20,000 nt of DNA, taken from IMG/VR virus record IMGVR_UViG_3300048589_001558; one strand, 5' to 3'. How positions within the stretch are numbered: the first letter of the stretch is position 1; each line of letters begins with the position of its first letter. The translations under genes and the position numbers were made by a program. The notes under the pieces were generated by a model. The model had not been told where the DNA came from. It searched no databases and was given only the letters and a program-made list of their open reading frames with translations. The stretch is from an uncultured virus (IMG/VR IMGVR_UViG_3300048589_001558). Lineage: Duplodnaviria > Heunggongvirae > Uroviricota > Caudoviricetes. Shown here in pieces: positions 16,374 to 20,000 of the stretch.

Positions 16374-16675
16374 TGGCCGAGGTCAGGACACAACCAGTCA
16401 CGGCCGTTCTCGTCGACAACGTGGTTGCATCTGACTCGCCGGCGGGATCGATCAAGTTCTATTCGACACAGGATCACACGCCGGCGGGTTTCCACTTCCA
16501 ATGCCCATGCGGCTGTCGCGAGATCGGCCGAGTCGTGGTCTCCGGCGTAGGCGCATGGAAATGGTGGAACGGCAGTCGTGAGAAACCTTCGGTGCGTGAA
16601 TCGGTCGCCCTCGCCACCAAGGGTGAACCGCACTGGCACGGCTACCTCACCGACGGCGTGTGGAGGTCCTGCTGA
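16373..16675 (+). CDS. DUF6527-like Cys/His protein (100 aa)
   Basis: Start reassigned to ATG 16373 (TGATG overlap). FQCPCGC...WKWWNGSREKPSVRESV...HWHGYLTDGVW matches the recalled DUF6527 pattern CPCGC..W.G...P...S....H..LT.G. Confidence 0.7.
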   Translation: MAEVRTQPVTAVLVDNVVASDSPAGSIKFYSTQDHTPAGFHFQCPCGCREIGRVVVSGVGAWKWWNGSREKPSVRESVALATKGEPHWHGYLTDGVWRSC

Positions 16676-16941
16676 TGTGGACGCTTCTCCTGTCGCCTCT
16701 GCGCCGCCTATGGCCGTACATCGCGGCGATCGGTGCGGCGATCACCGCCTTCGGTGCCGTCTATCTGCGCGGCCGCTCGGACGCCAAGGCGAAAGCCGAT
16801 CTTGCCAACGCTCGCCGCGACGCGGCCGCGAAGGAAGAAAGGCTTGAGATGCACCGTGAGGCGACGGAGATCGAGCGCAAAGTCGCCGGCCAGACAGACG
16901 ACGAAGCCCGGAAGGAGGCGATGAAGTGGGCAAAGCGCTGA
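16675..16941 (+). CDS. Inner-membrane spanin (Rz-like), 88 aa
   Basis: ATG 16675 with TGATG overlap and GGAGG at 16662-16666. N-terminal TM (WPYIAAIGAAITAFGAVYL) followed by a charged Ala-rich helix. Overlaps a lipoprotein gene. Confidence 0.75.
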   Translation: MWTLLLSPLRRLWPYIAAIGAAITAFGAVYLRGRSDAKAKADLANARRDAAAKEERLEMHREATEIERKVAGQTDDEARKEAMKWAKR

Positions 16942-17144
16942 TACTCGTCGCGCTGTTCGGTATCATTGCGGGCTGCGCCTCGATGCCCAGGCATCAAACC
17001 GATGACCCTCGCGGCATCTGGTGCGAGCACAACCAGCCTCGACGGCCGACGCCGCCGGTCGTTGCGGCGATGTCCCGGCCGGAGCTGGATGAGATGAACG
17101 CCCACAACCAAAAAGGCGTCGAATGGTGCGGGTGGAGGCCGTGA
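16926..17144 (+). CDS. Outer-membrane spanin lipoprotein (Rz1-like), 72 aa
   Basis: GTG with GGAGG RBS, signal peptide plus lipobox IAG-C, Pro-rich mature part with two further Cys (C...CGW), overlapping the i-spanin 3' end. Confidence 0.8.
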   Translation: MGKALILVALFGIIAGCASMPRHQTDDPRGIWCEHNQPRRPTPPVVAAMSRPELDEMNAHNQKGVEWCGWRP

Positions 17145-17227
17145 ACTTCGGCGCGAGGGTCGTCCTCGGCGTGGCAGCGCTCCTGATCATCGCCTGTCTG
17201 GCGGTGATCCTTCAACAGCTTTGGTGA
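17141..17227 (+). CDS. Putative 28-aa single-TM microprotein; absent from ORF track
   Basis: GTGA overlap with the o-spanin stop. MNFGARVVLGVAALLIIACLAVILQQLW*, one continuous hydrophobic helix. Confidence 0.5.
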   Translation: MNFGARVVLGVAALLIIACLAVILQQLW

Positions 17228-17273
17228 GGGCCGAAGCATGAGACAGCAACCTCGCCAGGGCAGAGGAAATAGC

Positions 17274-17690
17274 ATGCCATCCGGAAGCCTGATCGAGATC
17301 AGTGCCAGACTCGGGGAATTGACCGGCACCATGAGGGCGCTGGCCGAGAAGGTCGACGCCATTCAGCAGAACATCGCAGATTCCGAGGATCGGTCCACGG
17401 AGAGCAGGGCGAACGTCCATCGCCGCCTTGACGAGCTCGTGGTGCGAACCACGCATATCGAGCAGGACGTTCTCACGACGAAGGTTCGCGTTGAAAACGT
17501 CGAGGTCAACACCAACGACCGCCTGCAGAAGGTGGAGCTGGTGACCGATGGCGTGCAGATCATGCGCGAGCGCGCGCTCGGCGCCGGTACTGCGGGTCGT
17601 TGGCTCATCAAGATCGGTATCGGCGTTGTCACCTTCGCCGGTTGGGTTCTCGCAGGCTACACCTACCTCACCGGCAGACCGCCGCCCTAA
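17274..17690 (+). CDS. DUF1515-like coiled-coil protein with C-terminal TM (138 aa)
   Basis: ATG 17274 preferred (GAGGA RBS at 17263-17267); alternative start 17238. LGELTGTM...SEDRSTESRANVHRRLDEL motif, TM WLIKIGIGVVTFAGWVLAGYTYL. Confidence 0.7.
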   Translation: MPSGSLIEISARLGELTGTMRALAEKVDAIQQNIADSEDRSTESRANVHRRLDELVVRTTHIEQDVLTTKVRVENVEVNTNDRLQKVELVTDGVQIMRERALGAGTAGRWLIKIGIGVVTFAGWVLAGYTYLTGRPPP

Positions 17691-17733
17691 TCTATAGATA
17701 CCCAAGCATGTCCACCGCGGCATGTAAGACCTG

Positions 17734-17765
17734 CCCGCCTCGGCTCACGCCGGGGCGGGTTTTTT
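17734..17765 (+). terminator. Rho-independent terminator ending the tail/lysis transcript
   Basis: CCCGCCTCGGC-tcac-GCCGGGGCGGG (one G-U pair) followed by TTTTTT. Confidence 0.88.
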
Positions 17766-17774
17766 GCGTTTCCG

Positions 17775-17824
17775 GACTCCACCCCGGCGAATCGAGTCCT
17801 AGACTCGACTCGCCTTGTCGGAGT
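17775..17824. promoter_or_regulatory. Imperfect palindrome containing five GANTC sites upstream of DUF982-like gene
   Basis: GANTC at 17775, 17789, 17794, 17802 and 17807. Inverted repeat GGCGA-a-TCGAGTC-cta-GACTCGA-c-TCGCC at 17786-17814, with outer ACTCC/GGAGT arms. Confidence 0.55.
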
Positions 17825-17831
17825 GCGTGTC

Positions 17832-18095
17832 ATGTCATTGGAACGTGGATGGTGGGAAAAGCCGGTCAGGATCGAGAAGGATCGGTATGGTCGAGGACTT
17901 AACGTCAACAATACCGTGCAGGCCGAACGCATCCTTTGCGAAGAGTGGCCTGTCGACCCCGGCCCTAAGCACCTCGCGGCGCGCAAAGCGGTCTACGCGG
18001 CAAGGCAAAAGGCGCTGGACGCCGCGCGACAGGCCACTGCCCGCGAGGCGTTCCTTGAGGCAGCCAAGGAAGCCGGGATTGCGATCGGCGACTAA
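17832..18095 (+). CDS. DUF982-like protein (87 aa)
   Basis: ATG 17832 with GGAG RBS at 17820-17823. WEKPVRI...QAERILCEEWP..PGPKHLAARKA...AREAFLEAAKEAGI. Confidence 0.82.
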   Translation: MSLERGWWEKPVRIEKDRYGRGLNVNNTVQAERILCEEWPVDPGPKHLAARKAVYAARQKALDAARQATAREAFLEAAKEAGIAIGD

Positions 18096-18102
18096 TTCCC
18101 GC

Positions 18103-18825
18103 CTATAGCAACGTTCCTTCGCCGTCCGGCGGCACTTCGTCCAGGATGTCCGGCGTGTTGTTGCGCGGGTTTCCGACCTTCCGGCCGATCGGCCACATCT
18201 TCATCAGTTCGGCCGGGAACGGCTTCAACAGGTCGCGCGGGTCTTTCTCCTCGGGATCGAGCCAGCGCTGGTAGTCCGCTCGATGCAGGATGACGGGCAT
18301 CCGGTCGTGGATCTGCGCCACCATCTCGTTCGGCTCGCAGGTGAGGACGCAAAACGTCCGGAAATCCTCTCCCGAGGCGCGGTCGCGCCACGTCGCCCAG
18401 ATCGCGGCGAGACAAAACGGCGAGCCGTCGGCCATGGCGATGGCGTAGGGCTGCTTGTTCTTGCCCGTGCCGTAAATGTCCTTCCACTCGAAGAATCCGT
18501 CGATCGGCATCAGCGCGCGGCGAGACGCGTACGCCGCCTTGAACATGCCGTTCGTGGCGACGGTCTCCGACTTCGCGTTGATCGGCGGCGGGCGACCTGT
18601 GCTGCGCTCCTTCGCCCATGCCGGAACGAAGCCCCATACGGCGCGCATGAAGACCGGTCCGCGTACGTCCGGCTCCTGAATGATGATCGGGTATTCCTGG
18701 CTTGGAGCTCCGTTCCAGCGCGGGAACGAGTTCGCCAGACCTTCGACGTCACCTCCCCGCTGAGCGAAGGAGAAGGCGTTGAGAACGCCCTCGATGCTGG
18801 TCCTGATATGAACGCGTCCACACAT
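18103..18825 (-). CDS. yedK: SOS response-associated peptidase (SRAP; YedK/HMCES family abasic-site protection protein)
   Basis: N-terminal MCGR (Cys2), RWNGAPSQ, WGFVPAW, INAKSET, GFFEWK, HDRMPVIL. Confidence 0.95.
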   Translation of the reverse strand: MCGRVHIRTSIEGVLNAFSFAQRGGDVEGLANSFPRWNGAPSQEYPIIIQEPDVRGPVFMRAVWGFVPAWAKERSTGRPPPINAKSETVATNGMFKAAYASRRALMPIDGFFEWKDIYGTGKNKQPYAIAMADGSPFCLAAIWATWRDRASGEDFRTFCVLTCEPNEMVAQIHDRMPVILHRADYQRWLDPEEKDPRDLLKPFPAELMKMWPIGRKVGNPRNNTPDILDEVPPDGEGTLL

Positions 18826-18830
18826 GGCTT

Positions 18831-19124
18831 CTATTCCGGATCGCCGTTCGTGCCCCTGCCGTTCGCCTGATTATAGCGCTCGATCAAGGCGAACCAAGCT
18901 TCCTCAGCGAGTCTGGCCGCCTCATTCTTGGTCGCGGCGTATCCTGAGGTGGAGCCGTTCCAGCCCTTATACCTGCCGTTGCACGTCCAGGACCATTCAT
19001 CCGACCGAAAAGCGCTGCCATAGCTGAAATAGACGCGGCAAACGCTCTGCCCGTCTTCGAGGCGAGCAACATAGTCACGCGGTCGATCAGGCCACGTGCG
19101 CTCCCATTTCAGTTTCAGGGGCAT
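18831..19124 (-). CDS. Hypothetical protein (97 aa), Trp-rich
   Basis: Tightly spaced upstream of SRAP. WERTWPD...DY...CRVY...WSW...SGYAATKNEAARLAEEAW, a pattern recalled from Rhizobiales prophage hypotheticals. Confidence 0.7.
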   Translation of the reverse strand: MPLKLKWERTWPDRPRDYVARLEDGQSVCRVYFSYGSAFRSDEWSWTCNGRYKGWNGSTSGYAATKNEAARLAEEAWFALIERYNQANGRGTNGDPE

Positions 19125-19139
19125 TGGCGGGCTCGCCGC

Positions 19140-19403
19140 TTACTCATAGATTTCGAGTATCTGCTCGCCCGACAGTGGCGACGGTATCCACGCCACAAGC
19201 TCGAACTCCTCGTCGGTGTCGTACCTAGCCCAATAGGGCTCGGTACCCTCTTCGAGATCGGCTCCAATGCGCCAGCGAATGAGGTCGCATCGACCGTCGG
19301 CGTCGCGTCCTATGACCGCGCTGCCGTCCTTCGGCGCCGTCAACGCCGGGTGAATCACGGTCGCGCGGCGGAAATGCGCGCCATAGTCAGGGCGCCCGGT
19401 CAT
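19140..19403 (-). CDS. Hypothetical protein (87 aa), weakly DUF551-like
   Basis: GGAG RBS on the minus strand (19413-19416). TAPKDGSAVIG...IRW...W...VAWIPSP resembles the TAPKDG..W..HWMPLP motif. Confidence 0.6.
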   Translation of the reverse strand: MTGRPDYGAHFRRATVIHPALTAPKDGSAVIGRDADGRCDLIRWRIGADLEEGTEPYWARYDTDEEFELVAWIPSPLSGEQILEIYE

Positions 19404-19409
19404 GGCGGT

Positions 19410-19580
19410 TCACTCCGGCTTATGCTCGGTGCAGAACCAGACAGTTGTCTTGGGCTCCTTACCGGGGAACCCCCATCCGCCCCACTCCTTACAACCGGGG
19501 TGTTCGCACAGGTGCTCCCATATGCCGGCTGGTGTCTCGCGGCGAGGGGCGTCTTCGGGGCGGGGCGCTTCGTCTGACAT
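19410..19580 (-). CDS. Small putative zinc-finger protein (56 aa); absent from ORF track
   Basis: ATG at 19580 with GGGGGGA upstream. MSDEAPRPEDAPRRETPAGIWEHLCEHPGCKEWGGWGFPGKEPKTTVWFCTEHKPE*, pattern C-x4-C-x19-C-x2-H. Its stop lies 6 nt before the next ATG. Confidence 0.75.
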   Translation of the reverse strand: MSDEAPRPEDAPRRETPAGIWEHLCEHPGCKEWGGWGFPGKEPKTTVWFCTEHKPE

Positions 19581-19622
19581 GAGACAGATTTATCCCCCCG
19601 TCTTGACTCATTCAAGGCTTAT

Positions 19623-19637
19623 GTTCCTATTTCGTTC
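19623..19637. promoter_or_regulatory. Alphaproteobacterial LexA (SOS) box GTTC-N7-GTTC
   Basis: GTTC-CTATTTC-GTTC exactly matches the consensus. It lies in the divergent intergenic region, abuts ATG 19638, and has TTGACT (-35-like) at 19603-19608. Confidence 0.85.
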
Positions 19638-20000
19638 ATGCCTCACGAATGGAAAAGCCTGAGACACCTCGCCGAGGCCGTTCGGCGGAAAGCTCGCGCC
19701 GGCAAGAACGTTGTGCTCTCTCCTGAAACAGCCCTCGCCGTCGCTGAACATCTTGACGGCCGACCGCCAAGTCGCGGCCCGGATCGCCTGAGCAACATCG
19801 ACGCATTCACTCAAGGCAGCGCCGTCTATCGTCTCTATCCCAATGGCGAGAGAGCGGAACTCATAGCATTCGCGTCAAGCGCCCTCGTGGCTCGCGCCGC
19901 GTTCGACTACGTGTGCGAGCGCTACCCTGAGGATTCGTTCTCGCAGAGGCGGCGCGCCTGGGTGGAGGCTGAGCGAATTGTGCAAAAGAAGAAGCGGTGA
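19638..20000 (+). CDS. Hypothetical protein (120 aa), probably SOS-regulated and leaderless
   Basis: ATG directly after the LexA box with no SD sequence. Complete ORF ending TGA at 19998-20000. C-terminal VYRL...AELIAFASSALVARAAFDYVCERYP motif. Confidence 0.7.
   Translation: MPHEWKSLRHLAEAVRRKARAGKNVVLSPETALAVAEHLDGRPPSRGPDRLSNIDAFTQGSAVYRLYPNGERAELIAFASSALVARAAFDYVCERYPEDSFSQRRRAWVEAERIVQKKKR

Noticed and set aside
17690..17699. Perfect 10-bp palindrome ATCTATAGAT after the DUF1515-like stop
   Set aside because: Short, single copy and upstream of the terminator, with no supporting context for an operator.
19400..19615. 71-aa minus-strand ORF in the track
   Set aside because: Low-complexity product. 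The overlapping 56-aa frame (19410-19580) has a coherent Cys/His motif, a plausible RBS and operon spacing.

Overview
GC-rich prophage (or tailocin-like) segment, probably from an alphaproteobacterium (Rhizobiales-like). The host is inferred from an alphaproteobacterial LexA box, a GANTC cluster and DUF982/DUF1515-like genes. Bases 1-15251 are a P2-like contractile-tail module on the + strand: gpI, a 767-aa baseplate/fibre protein with a His/Trp-rich segment, two putative receptor-binding proteins plus a chaperone, sheath with nested insertions, tube, gpE with a T6G -1 frameshift to gpE+E', tape measure, gpU, gpD and gpX. Bases 15273-17766 are an expanded seven-gene lysis cassette: a GH19-like endolysin with a C-terminal membrane anchor, a holin-like protein, a DUF6527-like Cys/His protein, i- and o-spanins, a 28-aa TM microprotein and a DUF1515-like protein, ending in a terminator. 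Bases 17775-20000 are an accessory region: a GANTC-dense palindrome before a DUF982-like gene, and a divergent LexA-box locus (Zn-finger microprotein, two hypotheticals and SRAP leftward; a probably leaderless 120-aa gene rightward). Four plausible small ORFs missing from the ORF track were found by hand. Family calls come from recalled motifs, not from database searches. No head, integrase or replication genes lie in this window.
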